Notes: generated by a model from the sequence alone, not told the origin. DNA of 64,000 nucleotides from Gemmatimonadota bacterium (GCA_963666735.1 OY762926.1:2592001-2656000), one strand, 5' to 3'; numbered from the stretch's first letter, positions 10,476 through 20,628 are shown. A program made the numbers and translations.

Positions 10476-10485
10476 CGACGTAGGT

Positions 10486-10517
10486 CCGTAGCCCGGGGGC
10501 CGGCCCCCGGGCTACGG
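10486..10517. terminator. Perfect 32-bp palindrome between convergent genes; likely bidirectional terminator or RNA-end hairpin
   Basis: CCGTAGCCCGGGGGCC|GGCCCCCGGGCTACGG is an exact inverted repeat with no U-tract. Confidence 0.6.
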
Positions 10518-11501
10518 CCGGGGCGGTTCGACGGGGCGCGCGACCATGATGCCGTCCTGGGAGTCGATGGCGAGGATCCGCTCCGCCAGCGGCCGCTCCG
10601 AAATCTCCACCGACTGGCCGACGAGGGGGGCGTGGAGGAGGTGAAGCGCCCCGTCGCGCCACACGGCGAATCCGGTGTGGGCGACGTCCAGCCCTTCGAC
10701 GGTCGAGGTGGCCGCGATCACATCGCCGTTGCGGATCCGGTCCGCCACCCGCGCGATCCGATCCTGCGGCACGTATTCCCGGCCGGGGCCTTCGTCGAGC
10801 CGCGCTTCGGCGGCGGCGATGGCTTGGAGCGCGCCCGGCTGGGCCAGTTGCCGATACGCTTCGGGGTGCCGGGACATGAAGTTCACCGGCTCCGCGTCGA
10901 TGGCGGGGTCCAGTTCTCCGGTCGCAATGCGCACGATTCCCCGGGCTTCGTTGTCCGCGAGCCACTCCGAGAAGTAGTGGAGACGGCTCGGGTATCCGTC
11001 GAGCCGGCCTCCACGATAGCGGAGCGCCATCAGATGGGACTCGTAGCGGGCCTGCGCCGCTGGGGGATCCGAGAGGGCCTCGACGCCCTGCTCGCGGACG
11101 AACCGCGTCAGGGCGAGGACGGTCTCGACCAGGGTCACGCAGTCGAGTTCGCGGAAGTTGATCACGAGGCGCTCGGGTCCGGGGGCTTCGAGCGTGCCGG
11201 GCTCGTACGTCGTCCCGACGAAGGTCTCGCCCAACAGCACGATGGCCTCGCCGAGGTCCATCTCCGCGAGCCCGCGCTCGGCGGCAAACCGCACTTTCTC
11301 CTCGAAGATCGCCCAATCCTCCGGGATCCAGGCGGGTCCGTCCGAGGGCGCGGACGATGCCGCACCGACGCCGGCCGTCTCGTCAACCACGGTGGAGGTC
11401 GACGGCTGGACCTGCGACCAGGCGAGCGCCGCGATGACGGCGACGGTGGCAAGGATACAGGCGACGACCTTCGCCAGCGTGAAGACGTTGCGCCACCTCA
11501 T
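10512..11501 (-). CDS. DUF1460 / NlpC-P60-like N-acetylmuramoyl-L-alanine amidase-like protein
   Basis: LDCVTLVE catalytic Cys motif, LRYRGG, RLHYFSEW, GLDVAHTG, LLHA. ATG at 11501 overlaps the upstream TGA (ATGA); signal peptide follows. Confidence 0.85.
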   Translation of the reverse strand: MRWRNVFTLAKVVACILATVAVIAALAWSQVQPSTSTVVDETAGVGAASSAPSDGPAWIPEDWAIFEEKVRFAAERGLAEMDLGEAIVLLGETFVGTTYEPGTLEAPGPERLVINFRELDCVTLVETVLALTRFVREQGVEALSDPPAAQARYESHLMALRYRGGRLDGYPSRLHYFSEWLADNEARGIVRIATGELDPAIDAEPVNFMSRHPEAYRQLAQPGALQAIAAAEARLDEGPGREYVPQDRIARVADRIRNGDVIAATSTVEGLDVAHTGFAVWRDGALHLLHAPLVGQSVEISERPLAERILAIDSQDGIMVARPVEPPRP

Positions 11502-13780
11502 GTCGAACTGAGGTTGAGCACCATGCGCTCCTCCCCTTCCCTGTACTCGATCCGAAGCGTGCGATTCACCGCCCCCCACAGGTGCGGGTGCGCGCGAACC
11601 GCCTCTACGAGATAGACCCCGAGCGCGCGCTGGTGGAAGGCGTGCTCCCACCCCCGGCTCAGCAGCCGGGCCGCCTCTCGCACTTCGGTGTGCGGGCCGC
11701 CGCCGGATATGGCGTCCCGGAGCCGCGCGGCGCCGCGCGCGAGGTCCGCCCAGCGTTCACGCGTTTCCCCGTTCTTGCGAGCCAGGTCGCCCACCGTCCA
11801 CCAGTGTCGCATCCGGCGCTCGAATCCGGCCAGACCCGCATGGCCTGCCTGTCGCGCCGCTTCCGCCGCCAGGGCCGCGAGTTCTTCCGCCGTAAGGGAC
11901 GGATCCTCCAGGTACTGCCGCCACAGAGCGCCGTACAGAAGCTGCCGGACGACGGGTGAATCGCGCCCCGGTTCCCCGGCCACCCGGGGGACGGCGCGGG
12001 CGAGCGCAAGACCCGTCCCGCGCGCATCGCCTCGCGCGAGGAGCGCGAGCAGGATCCCGAAGGTCGACTTCCTGAAGCGGAGCTGAAACGAGATCTCCAC
12101 GTCCCCGCGGTCTCTCGCCACGCGCTCGAGACGGGCCCGGGCCGCGGGGGCGCCGCCCGCCGTCACGCTGCCCCAGAGGACGGCGAGATCCACGAGCCGT
12201 CCCGCCTCCCGGCCGGAGAGTCCCCGCTTCCCGTACCGCATGAGGAAGCCCAGTGAGTAGTTGAGCGCGTCCGCGGCCGGGGCCTCCCCGGGCGTCCACT
12301 CCCGCGACCACGCGGTCAGCGTCGTCTTCCATTCGCAGGTCTCCCGGCCCCACGTGCCGGCGTAGCCCTCGATGGCGGTGAAGCTGAAGCGACTGCGGTC
12401 GAGGCGACGGTCTCGCCGCATCGTCTCCCGGACATAGCTCCGGGCCTTCCCGCCCATGCGCAGGAAATCGCCGATATCGAGCGAAACGCCCCACGACTTC
12501 GTCCTCCTAACGGTCTCCTGCTGCAGGAACCGATGCAGCGTCACCCCGTTCGCCGCTCCCGAGGCACCGTCCTCGAGCACGCTCTCGAAGTCACCGCCCA
12601 GCATCGCCCGGTGCCGCGCGTCGAACCCGCCCCCCAGCCGCTTCTCGTCGAAGGTCGCTTCGATGATCGCTTCGTCGGTCCGGGTCCGGCTGTAGTCGAA
12701 ATCCACCCCGAACCGGACGTGTTGCCTCGCCATCTTCACGATGAGTTCGGCCGCCTCCGCCTCGAGCTGTTCCACCTTTTTCCGCAGCGAATCGAGCCGA
12801 AGGCGACGCCCTTCGAGCCCGAGCCGGTCGACCAGCGTCTCGGCGGCGGCGCGTTCGCGCGGATCGAGGTCCCCCACGCGCGGCTTGGCGAGGATCGCCC
12901 GCACCTGTTCCAGCGGGGCTCCGAGGAGGGCCTCGACCGCGGCCCGCAGCGCCTCTTCGGTCTGCGCCCGGTCCGCGAAGCGGACGCTGACACGGGCCGC
13001 GGCGCGGACGCCGAACCGGTCGCGGTCCGATTTCCGCACGGCGACCTCGATCTCGCCGGGCTTTCGTCGCGAGAACACGACGAGGAAGTGGTCTTCGATC
13101 CCGACCTTGAAGCTCGCCCTCAGGCTCGCGCCGACCTTGACCCCGAGATCCTCCCCGGGCGCAAGAAGCGCGCTCAGGGCGCCGATGTTGCCGGTGAACA
13201 CGTCCGACCACTTCAGGGTGAGAGCCGCGCTCAGCTTCCCGCTCACCTCGAGCGCGAGCGCTTCGCCGGGCAACAGCGCGCGAACGTCCGCGGCGGAGAT
13301 GACGAAACGGGGCGTGGCCAGGTCGCGGGCCACCGCGGAGCCGACGAGATCCTCCGCGTTGTGACGCCGGTAGTCGTGGAAGCGGATCGACGCGGCCCCG
13401 TCCGCCTCGCTCGCGAACCCGAACTTCGCGGCCTTGAATCCCCCGTTCGCCTCCACTCTCGCCGAAACCCGGTAGGCGAGCCACGCCGAATCCGCCGCGA
13501 AGTGAATCGGAGTCCGGAGTTCGAACGCCGACGGACTGGAAGTTTCGTCCGGCGCGCGGCCGAACACTCCCGCCGGATCCTCGTCCCCGGGCCCGTTGAA
13601 GACGTCGATCACGGCCTCGCCTCCAACGGTGAACGAGAGGTCGTCGCGCACGACCGACACATCTCTCGCGAGCGAGCGTTTCAGCAGCGTGGGGCCGGGC
13701 AGTTCGGGGTCGTCCAGCCGTCGCGTCGCATGCTCCGCCAAGTGCAGGTCGAGGTCCCCAAGGTCCAGCTTCACGGGCAT
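11498..13780 (-). CDS. Hypothetical protein, 760 aa, no family recognised
   Basis: Long ORF with host-like codon bias and normal composition; translationally coupled to the DUF1460 gene. Confidence 0.8.
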   Translation of the reverse strand: MPVKLDLGDLDLHLAEHATRRLDDPELPGPTLLKRSLARDVSVVRDDLSFTVGGEAVIDVFNGPGDEDPAGVFGRAPDETSSPSAFELRTPIHFAADSAWLAYRVSARVEANGGFKAAKFGFASEADGAASIRFHDYRRHNAEDLVGSAVARDLATPRFVISAADVRALLPGEALALEVSGKLSAALTLKWSDVFTGNIGALSALLAPGEDLGVKVGASLRASFKVGIEDHFLVVFSRRKPGEIEVAVRKSDRDRFGVRAAARVSVRFADRAQTEEALRAAVEALLGAPLEQVRAILAKPRVGDLDPRERAAAETLVDRLGLEGRRLRLDSLRKKVEQLEAEAAELIVKMARQHVRFGVDFDYSRTRTDEAIIEATFDEKRLGGGFDARHRAMLGGDFESVLEDGASGAANGVTLHRFLQQETVRRTKSWGVSLDIGDFLRMGGKARSYVRETMRRDRRLDRSRFSFTAIEGYAGTWGRETCEWKTTLTAWSREWTPGEAPAADALNYSLGFLMRYGKRGLSGREAGRLVDLAVLWGSVTAGGAPAARARLERVARDRGDVEISFQLRFRKSTFGILLALLARGDARGTGLALARAVPRVAGEPGRDSPVVRQLLYGALWRQYLEDPSLTAEELAALAAEAARQAGHAGLAGFERRMRHWWTVGDLARKNGETRERWADLARGAARLRDAISGGGPHTEVREAARLLSRGWEHAFHQRALGVYLVEAVRAHPHLWGAVNRTLRIEYREGEERMVLNLSST

Positions 13781-13803
13781 ATCACGGGCGTATCACGGGC
13801 ATA
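13771..13803. repeat. 3 x 11-bp tandem repeat TCACGGGC(A/G)TA over the start codon of the 760-aa gene
   Basis: tcacgggcata tcacgggcgta tcacgggcata read directly. Confidence 0.85.
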
Positions 13804-13987
13804 TCCGTGTGTGCTCCCAACAGGTTCGGAGTCTTTTTCGGCTGCCACGATCCCGGCCGGTGGCCCTCGGAGCAAGTAGCCCCGGGGTGGCGCCCGCCGG
13901 CGGCTGCGTTCGCTCGCCGCCCTCCCGAAGGTCGGCTATCTTGTCGGCTTCCACACTGAAGGTCGTTCCCTCTGCCGAGAGTCATCG

Positions 13988-16825
13988 ATGAAGACGCCCC
14001 GCTTGTCCGGCTTCGCTTTCGTTTCGATCGCCGTCGTTCTCCTCTCCTTCCTCTCCGCTCCCGAAGCGGCGGGGCAGACCCCGGCCCCGACGGATCCGAT
14101 TCCGACGGACCCGGCCGTCATCACCGGGACGCTGGACAACGGCCTGCGCTACTTCGTGCACGAGAACAATGAGCCGGAGAACCGGGCGGAACTGCGCCTC
14201 GTCGTGAACGCGGGCTCCATCCTCGAGGACGAGGACCAGCTCGGGCTGGCGCATTTCGTCGAGCACATGGCGTTCAACGGCACGGAGAACTTCGAGAAGC
14301 AGGCGCTCGTCGACTACCTCGAGTCGATCGGGATGCAGTTCGGCCCCGACATCAACGCGTACACGAGCTTCGACGAGACGGTCTACATGCTCCAGGTGCC
14401 GATGGACGACCCGGAGATGCTGGCCACCGCGTTCCGGATCCTCGAGGACTGGGCGCAGGGCGTGCTCTTCGACCCGGAGGAGGTCGACAAGGAGCGCGGC
14501 GTCGTGATCGAGGAATGGCGGGGGCGGCGAGGTGCCCAGGCGCGGATCCAGGACCAGCAGTTCCCGGTCCTCTTCCAGGGGTCGCTATACGCCGAGCGAC
14601 TCCCGATCGGGAAGCCGGAGATCCTCGAGACGGCCCCCGCCGAGCGGCTGCGCAGCTTCTACGAGGACTGGTACCGACCGGACCTGATGGCGATCGTCGC
14701 CGTCGGCGATTTCGATGGCGCTGAAATCGAGGCGACGATTCGCGAGCGGTTCGGAGGGCTGACCGGGCCCGCGGAGTCGCGTCCCCGGATCGCGGCCGAG
14801 GTCCCGATCGACCACCCGCCGCTCGTCACGATCGCGACCGACGTCGAAGCCCAGGGAAGTCAGGTCGGCGTGCTGTACAAGCAGCCGCCCGCCCCGCGCG
14901 GCGCGATCGGCGACTTCCGCCGAGGTCTGGTCGAAGGGCTCTACTCCGGCATGCTGAACGCGCGACTGAACGAACTCCGGCTTCAGGCCGACCCGCCGTT
15001 CATGCTGAGTTTTTCGGGGCAGGGGCAGTTCGCGCGCGGCGTGGATGCCTACCAACTCGTCGCGCTCGTCGCCGAGGGCGGGATCGAGCGCGGGCTCGAA
15101 GCTCTCCTGACCGAGGCCGAGCGCGTGCGCCAGAACGGGTTCACCGCCAGCGAGCTGGATCGCGAAAAGACCAACACCCGGAGGGGATACGAACGCCGCT
15201 TGGCCGAGCGTGAGAACCAGGAGTCCGCCGCGCTCGCGAACCGCTACATCCAGGTGTTTCTTCGGGGGAGTGCCTACCCGAATCTCGAGACGCAGATGGA
15301 GTTGGTGGATGCCTTCCTCCCCGGGATCACACTCGAGGAGACGAACGGCATCGCCCAGGCGTGGCTGGCCGAGCAGGGACGCGTCGTCCTCGCCAGCGCG
15401 CCCGCGAAGGAGGGCCTTGAGCCCCCCGCGGAGGACGACCTCCTGAGCGTGTTCGCCGCGGTGGGTGGGCGAGAGGTGGAGGCCTACGAGGACGAGGCGG
15501 CCGACGCGCCGCTCCTGCCGGTCGTCCCCGAGGGCTCGCCGGTCGTGGCCGAGGAGGCGGTCGACGACGTGGGCGTCACGATCTGGACGCTCGAGAACGG
15601 CGCACGGGTCGTGCTGAAGCCTACCGACTTCAAGGATGACGAGATCCTCTTCTCCGCGACCAGCCCCGGCGGCACGTCGCTCGTATCCGACGATCTCTTC
15701 CGGAGAGTCTCGTTCGCATTGAACGTGGTGGGCCAGTCCGGCGTCGGCGAATTCGACCAGACCGCGCTGGGGAAGAAGCTGGCGGGGAAGGCGGTGCGAG
15801 TCTCGCCCTCGGTGGGGTCGCTCTCCGAGGGGCTGGGAGGATCGGCGTCTCCACAGGACGTGGAAACGGCGTTCCAGCTCATGTACCTGTACTTCTCCGC
15901 GCCGCGCAGGGACGAGACGATGTTCGAGGCCCTCAAGGCCCAGCAGATGGCGATGCTCGCGAACGTGGGCGCGAATCCCAACTTCGTGTTCTCCGACACC
16001 ATCTCGGCCACCATGTCCCAGGGGCACCCGAGGGTCCTGCGGGTGTCGCAGCTCGCGAGCAGCCTCGAAGAAGCCGACCTCGACGCGGCCTACGACCTCT
16101 ACCGCGACCGTTTCGCGGACGCGAGCGACTTCACCTTCTACTTCACGGGGGCCTTCGATCTGGCGACGATCCGGCCGCTCGTGGAGCAGTATCTCGGGGC
16201 CCTCCCGAACCTCGGGCGGGTCGAGGACTGGCGCGATCTCGGGATCGATCCGCCGGCGGGGACGATCGAAACGACGGTGTACAAGGGTCTGGAGCCGCAG
16301 AGCCGGACCCAGATCATCTTCGCGGGCGATGCCGAGTACTCCCTCGAGGAAGCGAACGCGATCTCGGCCATGGCGGACGTCCTGGACATCCGCCTCCGGG
16401 AAGTGCTGCGCGAAGACCTCGGCGGCACCTACGGCGTGGGCGTCCGCGGGTCGCTGAGCTACCGGCCCGATGAGGAGTACCGCTTCAGCGTCTCCTTCGG
16501 CTCGGATCCGGAACGCGCGGACGAGTTGTCCGAGGCCGTGTTCGAGGAGATCGAACGACTGAAGGCGGAGGGGCCGGACGCCGAGACGGTGGACAAGGTG
16601 CGCGAGACGCAGCGCCGCACGAAGGAGACGAACCTGCTGGAAAACCGGTATTGGCTGTCGCAGCTGGCCGCTTTCGAGCGGGCCGAGCGGGATCTGAACG
16701 ACATCCCGAGCTACGACGCGATCGAGAGCTGGACCGCGGAGGAGGTGCGGCAGGCCGCCGTTCGTTACCTCCGAACCGACCAGTACGCCCGGTTCGTGCT
16801 GCTTCCGGAGCAGAAGGTCCCCTAG
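13988..16825 (+). CDS. M16 family zinc peptidase (PqqL-like), exported
   Basis: GLAHFVEHMAFNGT inverted zincin HXXEH, NAYTSFDETVY, WYRPD, LREDLGGTY; signal peptide. Confidence 0.95.
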   Translation: MKTPRLSGFAFVSIAVVLLSFLSAPEAAGQTPAPTDPIPTDPAVITGTLDNGLRYFVHENNEPENRAELRLVVNAGSILEDEDQLGLAHFVEHMAFNGTENFEKQALVDYLESIGMQFGPDINAYTSFDETVYMLQVPMDDPEMLATAFRILEDWAQGVLFDPEEVDKERGVVIEEWRGRRGAQARIQDQQFPVLFQGSLYAERLPIGKPEILETAPAERLRSFYEDWYRPDLMAIVAVGDFDGAEIEATIRERFGGLTGPAESRPRIAAEVPIDHPPLVTIATDVEAQGSQVGVLYKQPPAPRGAIGDFRRGLVEGLYSGMLNARLNELRLQADPPFMLSFSGQGQFARGVDAYQLVALVAEGGIERGLEALLTEAERVRQNGFTASELDREKTNTRRGYERRLAERENQESAALANRYIQVFLRGSAYPNLETQMELVDAFLPGITLEETNGIAQAWLAEQGRVVLASAPAKEGLEPPAEDDLLSVFAAVGGREVEAYEDEAADAPLLPVVPEGSPVVAEEAVDDVGVTIWTLENGARVVLKPTDFKDDEILFSATSPGGTSLVSDDLFRRVSFALNVVGQSGVGEFDQTALGKKLAGKAVRVSPSVGSLSEGLGGSASPQDVETAFQLMYLYFSAPRRDETMFEALKAQQMAMLANVGANPNFVFSDTISATMSQGHPRVLRVSQLASSLEEADLDAAYDLYRDRFADASDFTFYFTGAFDLATIRPLVEQYLGALPNLGRVEDWRDLGIDPPAGTIETTVYKGLEPQSRTQIIFAGDAEYSLEEANAISAMADVLDIRLREVLREDLGGTYGVGVRGSLSYRPDEEYRFSVSFGSDPERADELSEAVFEEIERLKAEGPDAETVDKVRETQRRTKETNLLENRYWLSQLAAFERAERDLNDIPSYDAIESWTAEEVRQAAVRYLRTDQYARFVLLPEQKVP

Positions 16826-16826
16826 T

Positions 16827-18779
16827 GTGGAGAAGCCACGACCGGCGGCTGATCGGCTGACCGTCGCCGCGCACGCGCGGAGGGAACGCCTGCCGGTCCG
16901 GGTCATGCCGGATCACGACAGCATCGCCGCCGAAGTGGCCGGCCGGATCGCGGCGCTCCTGCGGGAGAAGGCCGAGAACGGGTGCCCCGCCGTTCTCGGC
17001 CTCGCGACCGGCGCCACTCCCGTCGGCGTCTATCGGGAACTCATCCGCCTGCACCGGGACGAAGGGCTCGACTTCTCCAATGCGGTCACCTTCAACCTCG
17101 ACGAGTACTTCCCGATGCGGCCCGGCAGCTTCCACAGCTATCACCGCTACATGCGGGAGCACCTGTTCGACCATGTGAACATCGCCCCGGAGCACCGTCA
17201 CATCCCTCGCGGCGATGTTCCTGAAACGGAGGTCGAGGCACACTGCGTCGAGTACGAGCGCCGCATCCGGGAGGTGGGCGGGATCGACTTCCAGATTCTC
17301 GGGATCGGGCGCAGCGGCCACATCGGCTTCAACGAGCCGGGGTCCGAGCGCGACTCCCGCACCCGGCGTCTTTATCTGGACACCGTCACCCGGAGCGACG
17401 CCGCGGCCGATTTCTTCGGCGAGGAGAACGTGCCGCCGCAGGCGATCACCATGGGCGTGGCCACGATCCTCGAAGCACGGGAGGTCGTCCTGCTCGCGAC
17501 CGGGGAACACAAGGCCGGGATCGTGCGTCGAGCCGTCGAGGGGGAAGTCCACGCCGACGTCGCCGCGACCTTCCTCCAGCAACACGCCGCCGCGACGGTC
17601 TATCTCGACCCGGCCGCCGCTTCCGACCTCACCCGCATCCGCACGCCATGGCTCGTGGGCGATGTGGAGTGGACGGCGGAACGGGAGACCGCGGCCGTCA
17701 TCTGGCTGAGCGAGCGCACCGAACAGTCGATCCTGCACCTCGCGACCGACGATTATCGCGCGAACCACCTCGCCCCGCTCACTTCGCGGCACGGTTCGGC
17801 CGAGCCGCTCAACGGACAGGTCTTCAACGCGCTCATCTCCAGGATCCGGGGGAAGAGCCGGCTTCCGCGCGGCCAGAACATCGTCGTCTTCTCGCCCCAC
17901 CCGGACGACGATGTGATCTCGATGGGCGGACTGCTGCGCAAGCTCGTCGAGAACGGCAACCACATCACCGTGGCATATCAGACGTCCGGGAACATCGCGG
18001 TCTTCGACCACGAGGTGCGCCGATACCTGGACTTCCTGCGGCGGGCTGCGGGAGTGATCGACCTCGGCGACGCCGCGAACCTCGACGGGGTGCTGCGATC
18101 TCTCGAAGACCGGCTCGCCGGCAAGGCGCCGGGGGACATCGATCCCGATGTGGTTCAACAACTCAAGCGGATCATCCGCGAGACCGAGGCCACGGCCGCG
18201 ATCGAAACGCTTGGGATGTCCGCCGGGAGTGCCCGCTTCCTGAACCAGCCGTTCTATCGGACGGGAGCGGTGAGAAAGAACCCGATCACGGCGGCGGACG
18301 TGGAGATCGTCACGCGCTTGCTGGAGGAGATGCGGCCATCGATCGTGTTCGCGGCCGGGGACCTGTCCGATCCGCACGGCACGCACCGCATGTGCCTCGA
18401 GACGATCGAGGCGGCGCTCGCCCGCTACCGCGGCGACCCGCCGTGGCTGTGGCTTTACCGCGGCGCGTGGCAGGAGTGGAATCTGGACGAAGCGACCGTG
18501 CTCGTACCGCTCTCCGAAAGCGAACTTCGCGGCAAGGTCCAGGCGATCTTCCGACACGAATCGCAGAAGGATTCGGCCCCCTTTCCCGGACCGGATCCGC
18601 GCGAATTCTGGCAGCGCGTCGTCGAGCGAAACCGGGATACCGCCGACCGGCTGGCGGCCCTGGGCCTGCCGGCGTACTACGCCATGGAGGCGTACGTGAC
18701 GCTGCGGGATGGACGGCGCGTCGAGGGTCCGGAGATCCCCACCTCCTCCCTCGCGGACACAGCGGACACAGACGCGTGA
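16827..18779 (+). CDS. nagB: Glucosamine-6-phosphate deaminase fused to PIG-L/LmbE deacetylase-like domain
   Basis: LGLATGATP, FNLDEY, GIGRSGHIGFNEPG, AITMG; C-terminal domain with SPHPDDD and DPHGTH. Confidence 0.93.
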   Translation: MEKPRPAADRLTVAAHARRERLPVRVMPDHDSIAAEVAGRIAALLREKAENGCPAVLGLATGATPVGVYRELIRLHRDEGLDFSNAVTFNLDEYFPMRPGSFHSYHRYMREHLFDHVNIAPEHRHIPRGDVPETEVEAHCVEYERRIREVGGIDFQILGIGRSGHIGFNEPGSERDSRTRRLYLDTVTRSDAAADFFGEENVPPQAITMGVATILEAREVVLLATGEHKAGIVRRAVEGEVHADVAATFLQQHAAATVYLDPAAASDLTRIRTPWLVGDVEWTAERETAAVIWLSERTEQSILHLATDDYRANHLAPLTSRHGSAEPLNGQVFNALISRIRGKSRLPRGQNIVVFSPHPDDDVISMGGLLRKLVENGNHITVAYQTSGNIAVFDHEVRRYLDFLRRAAGVIDLGDAANLDGVLRSLEDRLAGKAPGDIDPDVVQQLKRIIRETEATAAIETLGMSAGSARFLNQPFYRTGAVRKNPITAADVEIVTRLLEEMRPSIVFAAGDLSDPHGTHRMCLETIEAALARYRGDPPWLWLYRGAWQEWNLDEATVLVPLSESELRGKVQAIFRHESQKDSAPFPGPDPREFWQRVVERNRDTADRLAALGLPAYYAMEAYVTLRDGRRVEGPEIPTSSLADTADTDA

Positions 18780-18823
18780 ATCCGTGACGCACCCGGTCGG
18801 ACGCGGCGGCGTGACGGGCTGAC

Positions 18824-19528
18824 ATGGGCGAGTTTTTCGGGACGACCCGGGTGCCGTTCGATCTCTTCGGTCCGGTGCATCTGGTATCGATCGGCGCCGT
18901 GGCGGTGGTCGGCGTCTGTCTGATTCGCGCCGGGCTGGCGGCCGATGAGCGGGGTCGCCGCCGCCTCCGCGCGGCGCTGGGCCTCACGATCTTCCTCTTC
19001 CTCCTTTCGAGGCACCTCTGGAAGGCCGGGACGGGGCTCTGGGCGGTGCAGACCGACCTGCCGTTGCACCTCTGCAGCGCCATGGCGTGGGTGACCATTT
19101 TCGGGCTGTGGACGCGGCATCCCCGGGCTCTCCGCCTCATGTACTTCCTGGGCGTGGCGGGGGCGGTGCAAGCTCTCCTGACCCCGGATGGCGAGTTCGG
19201 CGTCGTGCACTTCTCCTTCTTCGAGTCGCTGGGATCGCACGGGGCGGTCGTCATCGCCGGCGTCTGGGCGGTGATCGTGGAGGGCTATCGGCCCACGGCG
19301 CGCGATCCGTGGATCGCCTTCGGACTCCTGAACCTGTACGCGGCCGTGGTCTTTCCGCTGAACCGGCTCCTCGGGTCGAACTTTCTCTACCTGATCGAGA
19401 AACCGGCGGGTCCCACGATCCTCGATTTCTTTCCGGGCTGGCCATGGTACATTCTGCTCATTGAACCCCTGGCGATCGGGCTCTTCCTGTCGCTGCGGCT
19501 TCCTTTTCGGAACCCCGCGGCCGACTGA
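18824..19528 (+). CDS. YwaF/TIGR02206-type integral membrane protein
   Basis: LPLHLC, QALLTPD, GSNFLYL..KP and ILDFF.GWPWY motifs; multiple TM helices. Confidence 0.8.
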   Translation: MGEFFGTTRVPFDLFGPVHLVSIGAVAVVGVCLIRAGLAADERGRRRLRAALGLTIFLFLLSRHLWKAGTGLWAVQTDLPLHLCSAMAWVTIFGLWTRHPRALRLMYFLGVAGAVQALLTPDGEFGVVHFSFFESLGSHGAVVIAGVWAVIVEGYRPTARDPWIAFGLLNLYAAVVFPLNRLLGSNFLYLIEKPAGPTILDFFPGWPWYILLIEPLAIGLFLSLRLPFRNPAAD

Positions 19529-19547
19529 CGGTATCAAGTTTCTTCCC

Positions 19548-19586
19548 GCACGAAGAACCTGCACGAGGAATCTGCACGAAGAACCC
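19548..19586. repeat. 3 x 13-bp tandem repeat GCACGA(A/G)GAA(C/T)C(T/C) upstream of lysW
   Basis: gcacgaagaacct gcacgaggaatct gcacgaagaaccc, ending just before the GGAGG SD. Confidence 0.85.
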
Positions 19587-19606
19587 CCATATGGAGGATG
19601 GACGGC

Positions 19607-19771
19607 ATGCCGGAATGTCCTGTATGCGGCGCGGAACTGACAATCTCCGACGACCCCGTCGAAGGTGAACTCCTCGAATGCGAGGAGTGCGGCGTCGAAC
19701 TGGAGATCCTCGCCCTCGACCCCGTCACCCTCGGTGAGGCGCCGGACGCGGAGGAGGACTGGGGCGAATGA
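19607..19771 (+). CDS. lysW: Amino-group carrier protein LysW (54 aa)
   Basis: Manual translation: [54 protein letters not shown]. Zinc ribbon CxxC..CxxC and diagnostic EEDWGE C-terminus; GGAGG SD; ATGA overlap with lysX. Missed by the ORF track. Confidence 0.97.
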   Translation: MPECPVCGAELTISDDPVEGELLECEECGVELEILALDPVTLGEAPDAEEDWGE

Positions 19772-20628
19772 GAGTCGGCTTGCTTCATTCCCTCATCCGC
19801 AAGGACGAGAAGCTACTGATCGCGGAGTTGCGCGGGCGCGGCGATATCGAACTCGTGTTTCTGGACGACCGCAAACTCGCGTTCGACTTCCGGAACGTCC
19901 CGGACGTCGATGTCGTGCTCGAGCGCAGCATCAACCATTCGCGGGCGATGCACGCGCTGCGGCTGTTCCAGGGAGCCGGCCTCGACTGCGTGAACCGGTA
20001 CGAGGTGTCGCGCCGCTGCGGCGACAAGATCCTCACGGCGGCATCGCTCCGGGAACGCGGCGTGCCGCAACCCGACGCCAGAGTCGCCTTCACCGAGGAA
20101 TCCGCGCTCGAGGTCATTGAGGAACTGGGTTATCCCGTGGTCCTCAAGCCCGCGGTCGGCTCCTGGGGCCGGCTCCTGTCGAGGATCAACGACCGGCACG
20201 CGGCGGAGACGGTCCTCGAACACAAGGCGATCCTGGGCAGCTATCACCACTCGATCTTCTTCGTGCAGAAGTACGTGGAGAAGGGCGGGCGCGACATCCG
20301 CGCGTTCGTCGTGGGCGAGGACTGCGTGGCGGCCATCTACCGGTCGGCCGAGCACTGGATCACGAACACGGCCCGCGGCGGAAGCGCCTCGAACTGTCCG
20401 GTGACGAGCGAGATCGGGGAACTGTCGCTGCGCGCGGCGGACGCGGTGGGCGGGGGCGTGGTGGCCGTAGATCTGTTCGAGAGCGAGGGCGGACTGCTCG
20501 TGAACGAAGTGAACTACACGATGGAGTTCAGAAACAGCGTCGAGGCGACGGGCGTGAACATTCCGGAGAGGATCGTGTCGTACGTGCTCTCGCCGGACCG
20601 TCTCCCGGACCGTCTCCCGGACTCATGA
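19768..20628 (+). CDS. lysX: LysW ligase (RimK-like ATP-grasp), LysX type
   Basis: [44 protein letters not shown]; adjacent to lysW. Confidence 0.93.
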   Translation: MRVGLLHSLIRKDEKLLIAELRGRGDIELVFLDDRKLAFDFRNVPDVDVVLERSINHSRAMHALRLFQGAGLDCVNRYEVSRRCGDKILTAASLRERGVPQPDARVAFTEESALEVIEELGYPVVLKPAVGSWGRLLSRINDRHAAETVLEHKAILGSYHHSIFFVQKYVEKGGRDIRAFVVGEDCVAAIYRSAEHWITNTARGGSASNCPVTSEIGELSLRAADAVGGGVVAVDLFESEGGLLVNEVNYTMEFRNSVEATGVNIPERIVSYVLSPDRLPDRLPDS

